A program made the translations under genes and the position numbers. From a virus, in IMG/VR virus record IMGVR_UViG_3300027917_000034, positions 17,892 to 81,891 of that record: a stretch of DNA of 64,000 nt. One strand, 5' to 3'. Shown here piece by piece: positions 43,089 to 52,872 of this stretch (position 1 is the first letter of the stretch; every line of letters begins with the position of its first letter). The notes below the pieces were generated by a model. That model was not told where the DNA came from. It saw only the letters and a list, made by a program, of their open reading frames with translations, and did no database searches.

Positions 43089-44881
43089 TGGGCGCCGTAC
43101 AGAACGTCATCGACCGCCTCCGTGGCGCGTTCATTGCCGACAAGGAACGAGGGGGACAGCTACTCGCCAAGGGCAGCACATCCCCAACCTATCCGGACTC
43201 CGGGTACGACCTGCTTCAAGCCTACGGGTACGACGCTCTGTCGGACTACCTTCGGTTGGAGCACGATCTCCTGTCCCGCTACGTGGACTACGAGGAGATG
43301 GACGACTACCCGGAAATAGCTTCTGCGATTGACATCTACGCCGACGACGCCTCGCAGCCGGACACTCAGCTACAGCGGACGGTCTGGGTATCGAGCCCGG
43401 ACAAGACCCTTCAGGGCGTCCTGGACGACCTGTTCCACAAGCGCCTGCGCCTGGACGAGGAGATCTGGGAGATTGTCCGATCGCTGGTGAAGTACGGCAA
43501 CGACTACGAGGAGCTACTGGTCAATCAGGACGGCGTGGTCGGCCTGAATTTCCTTCCGGCGCCGACCGTGCGCCGGGTGGAAGGCCCGCGTGGCGAGTTG
43601 TACGGGTTCGTCCAGGACTTCAAGGGACGATTCGGCTACTCCCCACAGGAATTCCAGAAGATCCTGGCCCAGCGGACAGACGCCATCCGCCAGGCCATGC
43701 AGCCCGGCTCGGCCCGGCCCCCTGGGAACATCCTCCAGCGTGTCTCCGCCTTGGAGCCCTGGGAGGTGGCCCACTTCCGGCTGCGTGGGAAGCATCGCCG
43801 GAGCGTGTACGGCTACTCCGTCCTCGAACCAGCGCGATGGATATGGAAGCGGCTCATGCTCCTGGAAGATGCCGCGATGATCTACCGTCTCCAGCGCGCC
43901 CCGGAGCGCTACGCCTTCTACGTGGATGTGGGCGACCTGCCTCCGGCCGAAGCGTTGGCGTTCGTCAACAAGATCCGGCAGCAGCACAAGAAGAAGCGGT
44001 TCGTCAACCCTTCCACTGGAAAACTCGATCTGAAATTCGAGCCCCTCTCCCAGGACGACGACTTCTGGGTTCCCGTCCGCAAGGGCGTGGAGGGGACTCG
44101 GATCGAAGTGCTCGGCGGCCCGTCCTGGCAGCACATGGAGGACGTAGAGTATTTCCAGACCAAGTTGTTTACCGCAGTGAAGGTGCCCAAGGCGTACCTC
44201 GCTCAAGACGAGAACACGGCACGGGCGGTTCTATCCAGCGAGGACGTCCGATTCGCTCGCTCGGTCCTCCGTGTCCAGCGTGAGGTCCGGAACGGTCTCC
44301 GCAAGGTAGCGCGCACGCACCTGGCAGCGCTCAACATCGACCCCTACGCGAACGAGTACACCATCCACATGACCGTGCCTTCGGCCATATTCGAGTTGGC
44401 CCAACTGGAGGTGCGGAACGCGAGAGCCGACCTGGCTGCTCGAATGAAAGAGCACGTCTCGCTTCGGTGGGTGCTGGAGAACGTCTACCTGCTCTCGGAT
44501 GAGGATATCAAGATCATCATTCAGGAGCGGTCGGAGGACGTCATCCGGGAGGGGAAAGCTCAGGCCGAGGTCGAGAAGATGAGCGCCCAGGCACAGGCGG
44601 ACGTGGAACAGGCGTCGGCTGCGGCCCAAGGTGGCGGCGGCATGGAGTCGCTCGGGCCTCCGTCTGGCATGAAGATCCTCGAACGGAAGCTGGCTGCCTT
44701 GCCCCGGCAGTTGCGGGGAGCCATCACAGAGCGAGAGCTTCTGAGTGGGAGCCGCGAGGCTGAGAAGAGGGCCGAAGGGAAGCTGGACAGCATCATGCGA
44801 TCCAACGATGCCAACACCCGCCGTCTGAGGGAAAGCGTGGCCCTACTCCGAGAGGTCGTGGCGGCGGGCCGGGGGCGGTAG
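43088..44881 (+). CDS. portal protein (T4 gp20-like)
   Basis: LEDA..IYRL.RAPER..FYVDVG.LP...A, DDFW.P.R, T.IE.L.G. Confidence 0.93.
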   Translation: MGAVQNVIDRLRGAFIADKERGGQLLAKGSTSPTYPDSGYDLLQAYGYDALSDYLRLEHDLLSRYVDYEEMDDYPEIASAIDIYADDASQPDTQLQRTVWVSSPDKTLQGVLDDLFHKRLRLDEEIWEIVRSLVKYGNDYEELLVNQDGVVGLNFLPAPTVRRVEGPRGELYGFVQDFKGRFGYSPQEFQKILAQRTDAIRQAMQPGSARPPGNILQRVSALEPWEVAHFRLRGKHRRSVYGYSVLEPARWIWKRLMLLEDAAMIYRLQRAPERYAFYVDVGDLPPAEALAFVNKIRQQHKKKRFVNPSTGKLDLKFEPLSQDDDFWVPVRKGVEGTRIEVLGGPSWQHMEDVEYFQTKLFTAVKVPKAYLAQDENTARAVLSSEDVRFARSVLRVQREVRNGLRKVARTHLAALNIDPYANEYTIHMTVPSAIFELAQLEVRNARADLAARMKEHVSLRWVLENVYLLSDEDIKIIIQERSEDVIREGKAQAEVEKMSAQAQADVEQASAAAQGGGGMESLGPPSGMKILERKLAALPRQLRGAITERELLSGSREAEKRAEGKLDSIMRSNDANTRRLRESVALLREVVAAGRGR

Positions 44882-44908
44882 TGCTGACTTTCGTTTGACA
44901 GAGGGTTT

Positions 44909-45814
44909 GTGGAGCAGCTAGTGTCGGCCAAGATGATCGAGAGTCAAAACAAACTCCTCCCAGGCGCCGAGTTGAGGCGGCTGCGTATGGGGAGCTACGA
45001 GGCTCGGATCGAAGAGATGAGCAGGGTCGTCCACGCGAGCCTTGGTGATGAGCCGTTCGAGATCGTGGCGACACAGGACAGCGGGGCCGTCGTGTACGCA
45101 GACGGCCGGTTCCTTCGGCTGGAATTGACCGAGGACGGTCCGTCGCTCACAGACCTCGACGTGGAGACTTTCGACGCGGCCAGTCTGTACGCTTTCATGG
45201 AGCGCGAGGCTGGTGTAGTGGCCGATCTCTTTCTCCGTGGCTCCGTGAAGTCGGCGGTAGCGCGGTTGGAGAACCTGGTTCCGGCAGTCCCGCTCCCGAG
45301 CGGGGCCACCGCGAAGATCGAAGCCTTGATTGCTGCTCCGCGACCGTGGAGACGACTGTTCGAGGCTCGCAGAGACTACATCGTCGGCTTCATCGGAGAG
45401 GACGCAGAGGCCCTGGAAGAGGGTCGGTTGCGCCCCAACTTCGGTAAGTTGTATGATGGGTCGATCGAAGAAGGCAAACTCGACAACTACGAGGATCGGG
45501 TATCAGAAGGTCTGGGGATCGTGCTTGACAGGTTGGGACAGATTCGGGACGAGGTTGGGTCTGCGCTCGCGTCAGCGACCGACGCGCTCTCCGAGTCCAC
45601 AGAGCCTATCGCAGCGCTGTTCTCCCGGTTCGCGGATGATCTGTACGCCGATCTTTTCGCCCTCCACGAGTCGGCTTCCCACGCAACAGAAGCAGTAGAC
45701 GATATCGGGACTCGTGGTAAACTCTGCGACACGCTTGCCGAAGGGCTGTACGATCGTGAGGTCGCCAGCCGCTTCGTCGTCGTGGTGGCCGACAAAATGG
45801 TCGAGGCCAGCTAG
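44909..45814 (+). CDS. hypothetical head-module protein
   Basis: 301 aa between portal and scaffold. Confidence 0.7.
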   Translation: MEQLVSAKMIESQNKLLPGAELRRLRMGSYEARIEEMSRVVHASLGDEPFEIVATQDSGAVVYADGRFLRLELTEDGPSLTDLDVETFDAASLYAFMEREAGVVADLFLRGSVKSAVARLENLVPAVPLPSGATAKIEALIAAPRPWRRLFEARRDYIVGFIGEDAEALEEGRLRPNFGKLYDGSIEEGKLDNYEDRVSEGLGIVLDRLGQIRDEVGSALASATDALSESTEPIAALFSRFADDLYADLFALHESASHATEAVDDIGTRGKLCDTLAEGLYDREVASRFVVVVADKMVEAS

Positions 45815-45820
45815 GGAGGA

Positions 45821-46735
45821 ATGAAAATGGGTCTGCTACTGAGACACCCGGTTGTGATCACTTCCTTGGAGGAAGACTTCCGGCGCATTGGCCTCATCAA
45901 GACCGAAGAGGCCCGCGACGAGGGAGACGACCTGCAAGAGCACCTCATGGAGTCCACCGAGGACTTCGATGCCGAGGACGAGCCCGAAGAGGGTGAGGAC
46001 GAGGCCACCGAGGATGCGGACGAGGACGACGAGGCCATGGCCGAAGCCGTCGCCTTCCACGAGGACGCCATGTCCATGTGGCAGGAGTTTGGCGAGTCTG
46101 GCGTCGAGACTCTGTTCATGGACGAGGAGTCCATGGCCGAGTTGGAGTCCATGGGCGAGTCCATCACCGAGCTTCCCCTCGCGGTCGTCGGCGCCTCCAT
46201 CGAGGAGTACGGCGACGAGTACGAGGGCGAAGAGGTCCACGAGGACGACGAGGCCGAGGACGACGAGGAAGAGGGCGAGGAGTACGGCGAAGACGACGAG
46301 CCGGCCAATCCCTTTGCCTCCGTTGCAGAGGCCATGAGCGCGATCGAGTCCATCCTGGACGAGGACGCGCAGCCGACCGACTCGCTGGAGGAAGCGACTC
46401 CGGCGTTCGCCAACCTGGCTCTCATCTCGGAGAAGCTGTACGGCTTCTTTGCCGAGACGGCCGAGATCCAGGAAGACGCGGAGTACGCGGAGATTGCCGA
46501 GGCGTACAAGCAGATCGCACACTACTCGGCGGCGATCGTGGACACCCTCCAGAAGGAGAGCCCGGACACGATCAACTTCGATGCCCTGACCGAGACCTTC
46601 CAGGACTACCTCGGGACGGTCCTGCAAGGGCTGGAGACCTACGCCATTCTGCGCGAGGCCGACGAGAGCGGCGACGAGGACGGCGAGACGGACGAGGGCG
46701 AGGAGCAGGACGAGGGCGACGAGGGAAACGAATAG
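45821..46735 (+). CDS. highly acidic prohead core/scaffold-like protein
   Basis: D/E-rich, many L/I-x-E sites, upstream of protease. Confidence 0.65.
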   Translation: MKMGLLLRHPVVITSLEEDFRRIGLIKTEEARDEGDDLQEHLMESTEDFDAEDEPEEGEDEATEDADEDDEAMAEAVAFHEDAMSMWQEFGESGVETLFMDEESMAELESMGESITELPLAVVGASIEEYGDEYEGEEVHEDDEAEDDEEEGEEYGEDDEPANPFASVAEAMSAIESILDEDAQPTDSLEEATPAFANLALISEKLYGFFAETAEIQEDAEYAEIAEAYKQIAHYSAAIVDTLQKESPDTINFDALTETFQDYLGTVLQGLETYAILREADESGDEDGETDEGEEQDEGDEGNE

Positions 46736-46968
46736 ACCGGCGGCGCCCCTTGCCGCCCAAGAAAGGCGGCTCTTGGCGGCGGCGTCGGACGGCGTATTCC
46801 TCGGGTAGACGGGAGGAGATCGGTATGGAAAAGAGCCCGGTGAAACGGAAGACACGGAAGGTCGGACCATCCGGCGCCGTGCTCGACCGCCCCGGGTTCG
46901 GTGGCGTGCTCGACACCATCGTCGGGCGAACGCCGTTCCGGTCCAGCTTCCGATGGAAGAGGTCGTGA
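46723..46968 (+). other. putative -1 frameshift site G GGA AAC with basic extension frame
   Basis: In-frame XXXYYYZ heptamer, downstream stem, -1 frame open to the TGATG overlap with the protease start. Confidence 0.55.
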
Positions 46969-48629
46969 TGGGCGCGCAGACTACCCCGGCCCCTGAGAAC
47001 CAGTTGATCGATGAGCAGGTTCATCACTGCAAGCTCACACTGGTCGAGGGGGAAGGCGAGAAGAAGGGTCGCGTGTACGCACGCGGCGAATTCGGCCACG
47101 CGGCCAAGCCGACCGCGAACGGCCGCTTCTACCGGCACAACATCTGGGAGAGCAACATCGCCCGCCTGCGGCCCAACCTGGAGTCGAGGAAGGTTCTGGG
47201 CGAGTTGGACCATCCGACTGACGGGCGGACGGCCCTCCAGCGTGCCTCCCACGTCATCACCGATCTTCGCCTGGAAGGCGATCAGGTGTTGGGCGAGGCG
47301 GAGATCCTGGACACGGCCAAGGGGCGTGACCTGAAGGCCATCCTCGCAGCGGGCGTCCCGGTGGGCATCTCGTCGCGCGGTTTCGGAAGCACCAAGCCGA
47401 ACAGCGAAGGTGTGGAGGAAGTCCAAGAGGACTACAAACTCGTCACCTTCGATTTCGTCGCGGAGCCGGCGGACCCAACGGCCTACCCGGAAGCGGTGTT
47501 CGAGAACGCCGAGCAGGGTGTGGCCATGATGTTCGAGGGCGTGGCTTTCGAGACGGCCGAGGCGGAACCAGCTTCCGAGCCCGAGCCCGAGCCCGAACCC
47601 GAAGGTGATGAGCCGTCCGAAGGGGAGGAAGAGGCCGACGAGAGCGTGGCTCCGAACGTCGGCTCTGCCCCGCCCGGAGAAGCGGAGATGGCCCAGCGCT
47701 TCGCGGAGCGCGTCATTGCCGATGCGGAAGGCAACTCGGTCGATGTGGAGGCGCTCCGTCAGGAGTTTGCGGATCAGATCGTGTCCCGCATCGCGGCCCT
47801 CCGTGCCGACGTGGAGAAGCAGGTCCGGGCTGAGATGGCATCGGACCCGGCTGTCGCGGGCGCGCGGGCTGCTTTGGAGCAGGTACAGCGTGCCTTACTC
47901 CCCTTCGCCCTGACAGAGGATGCCAACGCGCTCATCGCGGAGCGCGACGACGAAATCCGCGTCCTGCGGTCCCAACTGGCCGAGGCCGAGCAGACCATCG
48001 AACAGCACGAGACGCTGATCGAAACGCTGGCGGAGGCGGCCAAGGAAGCCGGCTACAAGTACCACCTGGAGTGCCTGCTTCACGAGGACGACGCGGACAT
48101 CGAACGCCTGAGAGCGATCGTCGGGGACGTCTCGCAGTACGACAGCCCGGATGCGCTCCGCGAGCGGGTCGAGGAAGCCTACGGAGAGATGCAAGCGTTC
48201 CGTCTGGAAGAGGAGCGCGTGCAACAACAGCGCACGGCGGAATCCGATCGTCTGCGCGGCAAGAACCGCGAGTTGGCCGAGGGCCTGGAGAAGGCGCTCG
48301 TGGCCAATCGTGACCTCGCTCTCCAGGTGTACGCATCCGAGAGGTTGCAAACTCACCCACAAGGTGCGAAGATCCTCCGCATGCTCAAGCGATCTGGAAT
48401 CCAGTCGCGCGAGCAAGTGGACGCGATGATCGAGGACTTCCGAGAGCCAGAACGTGACGCAGAAGACCTGGAAGCGGTTCGAGCCAGGGTTCGCGCACGG
48501 CTGCATGGCGGGCGGGAGTACCTGGAAGAGGACGTTCAACCCGCACGCGGCCGGGGGGCCGGGGCGGGCAACTACAACGGGCTCGGAGCATCCCTGGCGG
48601 AGCTAAAGCACCTCTCTGGGATGGACTGA
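46968..48629 (+). CDS. prohead protease (T4 gp21-like) fused to a scaffold-like coiled coil
   Basis: NGR.Y, GELDHP, ASH, GISSRG, DFV.EP; acidic helical C-terminus. Confidence 0.9.
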   Translation: MGAQTTPAPENQLIDEQVHHCKLTLVEGEGEKKGRVYARGEFGHAAKPTANGRFYRHNIWESNIARLRPNLESRKVLGELDHPTDGRTALQRASHVITDLRLEGDQVLGEAEILDTAKGRDLKAILAAGVPVGISSRGFGSTKPNSEGVEEVQEDYKLVTFDFVAEPADPTAYPEAVFENAEQGVAMMFEGVAFETAEAEPASEPEPEPEPEGDEPSEGEEEADESVAPNVGSAPPGEAEMAQRFAERVIADAEGNSVDVEALRQEFADQIVSRIAALRADVEKQVRAEMASDPAVAGARAALEQVQRALLPFALTEDANALIAERDDEIRVLRSQLAEAEQTIEQHETLIETLAEAAKEAGYKYHLECLLHEDDADIERLRAIVGDVSQYDSPDALRERVEEAYGEMQAFRLEEERVQQQRTAESDRLRGKNRELAEGLEKALVANRDLALQVYASERLQTHPQGAKILRMLKRSGIQSREQVDAMIEDFREPERDAEDLEAVRARVRARLHGGREYLEEDVQPARGRGAGAGNYNGLGASLAELKHLSGMD

Positions 48630-48688
48630 AAAGGATTCTGGCGGGCGACGACGATCCGCCGTGGTAGGAGAAACTAAGGAGGCAAGCC

Positions 48689-50182
48689 GTGGAAGCTCGA
48701 CAGATGCTTCAGGAAGAGGGTCGTCGAACGATCGCCGACCAGAGCTATGTCGGGGCTCTCATTCGGAAGTGGGGAGACTTCCTGGAGGGCCTGGCAGACC
48801 ATTCCGAGCAGGACAGGTACATCCTCGGGTGCACCGCCATGCTCATGGAGAACGAGTCCCTGTGGCTCCAGTCCCTCACGGAGGAGACTCGGACCGTCAA
48901 CGTCGGCTCGTTCACCAAGTTCATTTTCCCCGTTCTGCGTCGAGTTTTCCCCAACTTGATCGCGAACGAGATCGTCTCGGTCCAGCCGATGACGGCGCCC
49001 ATCGGCGCGGTCTTCTTCCTGGACTACGTGTACGGCTCGACCAAGGGCGGGACGACCGAGGGCGCGGTGTTCCCCCGCGACTTCGATCGGGACTACTCCT
49101 CGGAGTACGTCAACGGGGAGCCCCTCGTCACGGGCGATGGCGTCAACTTCGGTGGCGTCGGCACCCCGCTCGACGCCGTGATGGCGTGGACCCCGGTTCG
49201 GCCGCTCGACGCGCAGCGCGGCTTCTCGGTCATCGTGCAGGAGATCGACGCGGCGACGGGCGAGCCCGTGGCTGGCCAGATCATGACCGACGATGGAGCG
49301 GGCGGCTTCACAGGCGGTGCGGCTGGCTCGATCAACTACTCGAACGGCTCGATCACCGGGCTCCTGTTCACCGCCGCGCCGGCCCTGGGGAACCAGGTCA
49401 AGGCGTACTACTACTTCGACGGCGAGTTGAACACCAAGGTTCCCGAGGTGAAGCTCGACGTCAAGAAAGCTCCCGTGGAAGCCGTTCCGCGCCGGCTCAA
49501 GGCTCTGTGGTCCTCCGAGGCCGCCGAAGACCTCCGGGCGTTCCACGGCCTCGACGCCGAGACCGAGATCGTGTCGATCATCGCGCAGGAGATCGCGCTG
49601 GAGATCGACCGTGAGATCATCCAAGACCTGTTCCTGTCCTCGACGGGCACGACGGCCACGTTCGACCGCATCCCGCCCGGTGGCATCGCGGAGATCGACC
49701 ACCTGCGGGCCATGCTGACGCAGATCAGCACGGTCTCGAACCTCATCCACAAGAAGACGCTCCGTGCGCCGGCCAACTGGATCGTCACGAGCCCCGAGAT
49801 TTCGGCGCTCCTGACGCAGTTGACCACCCACGGCGACTTCAAGCCCATCTGGTCCGGGGACATGAACCCCAACAGCCCGATGGACACGATGAGGCCGCGC
49901 ACGGCTCATGGGCAATTCTCGATCTACAAGACCGGGACGCTCATGAACAAGTGGGTCGTCTACGAAGACCCCTTCTTCACGACCAACAAGATGATGATCG
50001 GTCTGAAGGGCGGGAGCTTCCTGGAGTCCGGCTACTGCTGGGCGCCCTACGTGCCCCTCCAGGTCACGCCGACCTTCCTCGACCCGAGCGACTTCAGCTT
50101 CCGCAAGGGCCTCCGGACCCGCTACGCGAAGAAGCTGCTTCGCCCGGACTTCTACGGCCAGATGACGGTCACGAACCTGTAG
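48689..50182 (+). CDS. major capsid protein (T4 gp23-like)
   Basis: RRVFPNLIA..IV.VQPM..P, RRLKA.WS.E...DL.A.HGLDAE, EIDREI, APYVPL, TRYA. Confidence 0.95.
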   Translation: MEARQMLQEEGRRTIADQSYVGALIRKWGDFLEGLADHSEQDRYILGCTAMLMENESLWLQSLTEETRTVNVGSFTKFIFPVLRRVFPNLIANEIVSVQPMTAPIGAVFFLDYVYGSTKGGTTEGAVFPRDFDRDYSSEYVNGEPLVTGDGVNFGGVGTPLDAVMAWTPVRPLDAQRGFSVIVQEIDAATGEPVAGQIMTDDGAGGFTGGAAGSINYSNGSITGLLFTAAPALGNQVKAYYYFDGELNTKVPEVKLDVKKAPVEAVPRRLKALWSSEAAEDLRAFHGLDAETEIVSIIAQEIALEIDREIIQDLFLSSTGTTATFDRIPPGGIAEIDHLRAMLTQISTVSNLIHKKTLRAPANWIVTSPEISALLTQLTTHGDFKPIWSGDMNPNSPMDTMRPRTAHGQFSIYKTGTLMNKWVVYEDPFFTTNKMMIGLKGGSFLESGYCWAPYVPLQVTPTFLDPSDFSFRKGLRTRYAKKLLRPDFYGQMTVTNL

Positions 50183-50304
50183 CCGTCGCTGCGTCGTCCC
50201 CCTTCGATTTCACACCCATACGCTCGTAGTCCCTCCAGCGGACAGGCTTGCTCTGCCCACGTCTCTCAGAGTAGGATGGGCCAGATCGCACTCACGGTGA
50301 GGCT

Positions 50305-50319
50305 GCGACCACTGGTCGC
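50305..50319. promoter_or_regulatory. 15-bp palindrome, copy 4 (reverse orientation)
   Basis: GCGACCACTGGTCGC followed by TGGTAGGGT. Confidence 0.75.
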
Positions 50320-50336
50320 ATGGTAGGGTACAGACG

Positions 50337-50954
50337 ATGGCGAAGACGAACGCGGACGATGTGTTGGCCGACCTCAAGAGCGTCGGCGCTGTGGGCGGTC
50401 CCACAAAAACTCCAGACATTTCGGAGTCGGTGGTCACGGAGGTCGAAATCGAACAGGGGCCTCCGAGCGTTTCCGTGCGCGACCTCCGAGGTGGCCGGGC
50501 TGTCGAGGCCATCGACGCCGCCTTGGAGGGCATTGACGAGGCGGTGAGAGGGTTGGAGGCTACGAGAGAGGCCCTCGTGTACCTCCGAAGGGTCTGGGAG
50601 CCGGTCGATTCGGCCGAGGAGCCCCTGGACGTGCCCGTGGAGACGCCTGAGACGGTCCTGAGCGGGCCGGAGCCTCCGGAAGCGCCTTCCACCTCCCAGA
50701 CGTCTGCGGAGCCCTCAGAGGGCTCCCAGGAGCCAAGAGAGGTCACACCAGAAGAAATCGCCCGCGTCCGCGAGTTGGCTCGGAGGAAGATCCTCGGAGA
50801 GGACATGACTCCGGAGCAGCGGGCAGCGGCCGAGGAAGAGGACAGCGCCCCGTTCGTGGGGCAGGTGCGGGCACTCCCTCCGGGGCAGGAGCCCGAAGAA
50901 ATCACGATCGGCACGGTCGGCACGATCAAGCCGAGTTTTCCAGCGGAGGGATGA
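50337..50954 (+). CDS. acidic hypothetical protein
   Basis: 205 aa; ATGA overlap downstream. Confidence 0.7.
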   Translation: MAKTNADDVLADLKSVGAVGGPTKTPDISESVVTEVEIEQGPPSVSVRDLRGGRAVEAIDAALEGIDEAVRGLEATREALVYLRRVWEPVDSAEEPLDVPVETPETVLSGPEPPEAPSTSQTSAEPSEGSQEPREVTPEEIARVRELARRKILGEDMTPEQRAAAEEEDSAPFVGQVRALPPGQEPEEITIGTVGTIKPSFPAEG

Positions 50955-51334
50955 GGATGGCACGTCGATTCAAGAAGAAGGCAAGTATCCCCGGAGCGCT
51001 GAGTCTCCCTGGTCTGCCCGGCCTCGGGAACGACACGATCGTAGAGGGCGACGAGTACGCCCGGTTCTGCCCGGCGGTCCTGGAAGAGGTCTTCGATGAG
51101 GCTCCGGCCAAGCCGGCGGCGAAGAAGCCGGCGGCGAAGAAGCCAGCGCCACCACCTCCCCCGCCCGAGCCCGAAGATGAGGAGCCCGAGGACGACGAGG
51201 ACGACGAGGGTGAGCCCCCGAGCATGGACTGGCTCAAGTCCGAGTTGGTCGAGTACGCCGAAGGTCTCGGCCTCAACGTGGACGGCATGACCAAGGCCCA
51301 AATCCTGGAGGCCATCGAAGAGGAAGAGGGGTAG
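50951..51334 (+). CDS. protein with C-terminal HeH/Rho-N/SAP-like motif
   Basis: PSMDWLKSELVEYAEGLGL...MTKAQILEAI. Confidence 0.7.
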   Translation: MRMARRFKKKASIPGALSLPGLPGLGNDTIVEGDEYARFCPAVLEEVFDEAPAKPAAKKPAAKKPAPPPPPPEPEDEEPEDDEDDEGEPPSMDWLKSELVEYAEGLGLNVDGMTKAQILEAIEEEEG

Positions 51335-51338
51335 CGCC

Positions 51339-51503
51339 ATGAAGTGCCCGAAGTGCGGCCACCCGGAAGCCTTGGTCGAGAGCAAGCCGAACGGCGACGT
51401 GCACGTCAAGTGCCCGAAGTGCGGCCTGGACGAGGTGCGTGACAGCAAGGGGCGAAAACTTCTCCTCGACACTGTAGGGAGCGGCGACGTCCTGCTATCC
51501 TGA
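51339..51503 (+). CDS. 54-aa Zn-ribbon protein (absent from ORF track)
   Basis: MKCPKCG...KCPKCG; ATG 51339, TGA 51501-51503. Confidence 0.7.
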   Translation: MKCPKCGHPEALVESKPNGDVHVKCPKCGLDEVRDSKGRKLLLDTVGSGDVLLS

Positions 51504-51513
51504 TCAGTGAGAG

Positions 51514-52257
51514 GTGAGCATGGCCCGTCCGCCCGGCAACAAGCTGATGAACCGGGACGAGTTGTATGAGTGGATTCTCAGACGACTCGGCGCCCCGTTC
51601 TGGGATATCGAGTTGTGTCAGCAGCACGTCAGGGACGCTGTGGAAATGGCCGTCCGCTGGTTCGCTGCGAAGAAGGGCGTCTCCAAGCTATTCACGATCC
51701 GGGTACAGCCAGCCGTGGTCGAGTACCAGCTTGACTCAGAGATCGACCGCGTGATCGACGTCGCCTACGAGACGCACAAGCTGGACCTCTCCCTCATCTT
51801 CTCGCCGTTCACGCTCTTGGAGGAGAAGATCCCCTACGACGTTTTCGCGTCGGGCGGCTCGGGCGGCCTCTACTCCAGCTACGTGCAGACCCTCCAGTAC
51901 ATCGAACAGGCGAAGCGGGTTCTGAGCGCGGAATTCGAGTGGACCGAGATCAACGACAAACTCTTCATCGCGCCGCCTCCGGTGGATGCCAGGAACCTCG
52001 TCGTCTGGGCCAAGATCAACTTCACGCAGATCGAAGAGTTGGAGGAGCGCGACCACGAGTTGGTCAAGCGCTACGCGCTCGCCAAGGCACAGATCGACCT
52101 TGCGTGGATTCGAGGCAAGTATGGCGAGTACCCGAGCGCGCAGGGCACGACGACCCTGAATTGGGACCGCCTGCTCGACACGGCTCAGACTGAGATCGAA
52201 AAGCTGGAAGAGGAGATCATGGGCGCTGGCTACCCCATGGGGTTCGTCACCGGCTGA
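51514..52257 (+). CDS. neck/head-completion protein (T4 gp13-like)
   Basis: WILRRLGAP..DIEL, VKRYALA, RGKY, TLN...L..A..E...LE. Confidence 0.8.
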   Translation: MSMARPPGNKLMNRDELYEWILRRLGAPFWDIELCQQHVRDAVEMAVRWFAAKKGVSKLFTIRVQPAVVEYQLDSEIDRVIDVAYETHKLDLSLIFSPFTLLEEKIPYDVFASGGSGGLYSSYVQTLQYIEQAKRVLSAEFEWTEINDKLFIAPPPVDARNLVVWAKINFTQIEELEERDHELVKRYALAKAQIDLAWIRGKYGEYPSAQGTTTLNWDRLLDTAQTEIEKLEEEIMGAGYPMGFVTG

Positions 52258-52270
52258 ATGGAGGTGCGAA

Positions 52271-52855
52271 GTGCCCATCACGAAGAAGTGCTCCGGCATC
52301 GTCAGTTGTGAGTTTGCCAAGCTCAGAAAGAGCGGCCCCCAGACTTGTGGCCCGTTCGCCCTGGACGGGCGCGATTCGGCCATGTTCGATCACTTCGCTC
52401 AGGAGCACGTAGAGGCCAGCGGGACAGACCTGCTTCTGTGGCACCAAGACCTCGAACACTCGCTCCGCGATCCGCTCTACGACGAGCCGATCGATCGGGA
52501 GTGGCTCGGCCCATTCAAATTCAAGGGGTGGGTGGAGTACATCGCTGGCTCTCCCATGATGCGCGAAGAGGGCATGACGGTCCGGTGGCAGGGCTCCATC
52601 TGGGTTGCCAGGAAGACCTTGGAGGACACCGGAACACCGGCCCCGCTGGAAGGCGACGTGATCCGCTATTGGGACAACAAATTCTTCACGGAGCACGGCG
52701 TCAACGCGGAAGAAGGTGTCGAGGGCGGGTACTACTTCGATGTGATCAACGTGGATGACGACGGCCACGTCCAGGATTCGGACCAATTCGTCGGCCTGAC
52801 GATCACGGTCCTGCGCCGCACGGAGTTTACGCCTGAGCGGCGTCTCGACGGATAA
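52271..52855 (+). CDS. neck/head-closure protein (T4 gp14-like)
   Basis: DPLYDE, P.EGDVI; follows gp13-like gene. Confidence 0.65.
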   Translation: MPITKKCSGIVSCEFAKLRKSGPQTCGPFALDGRDSAMFDHFAQEHVEASGTDLLLWHQDLEHSLRDPLYDEPIDREWLGPFKFKGWVEYIAGSPMMREEGMTVRWQGSIWVARKTLEDTGTPAPLEGDVIRYWDNKFFTEHGVNAEEGVEGGYYFDVINVDDDGHVQDSDQFVGLTITVLRRTEFTPERRLDG

Positions 52856-52872
52856 CGGACAAGGGTGAGGAC

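Noticed and set aside
51342-51426. Direct repeat AAGTGCCCGAAGTGCGGCC x2
   Set aside because: Explained by the duplicated KCPKCG knuckle of the small Zn-ribbon gene
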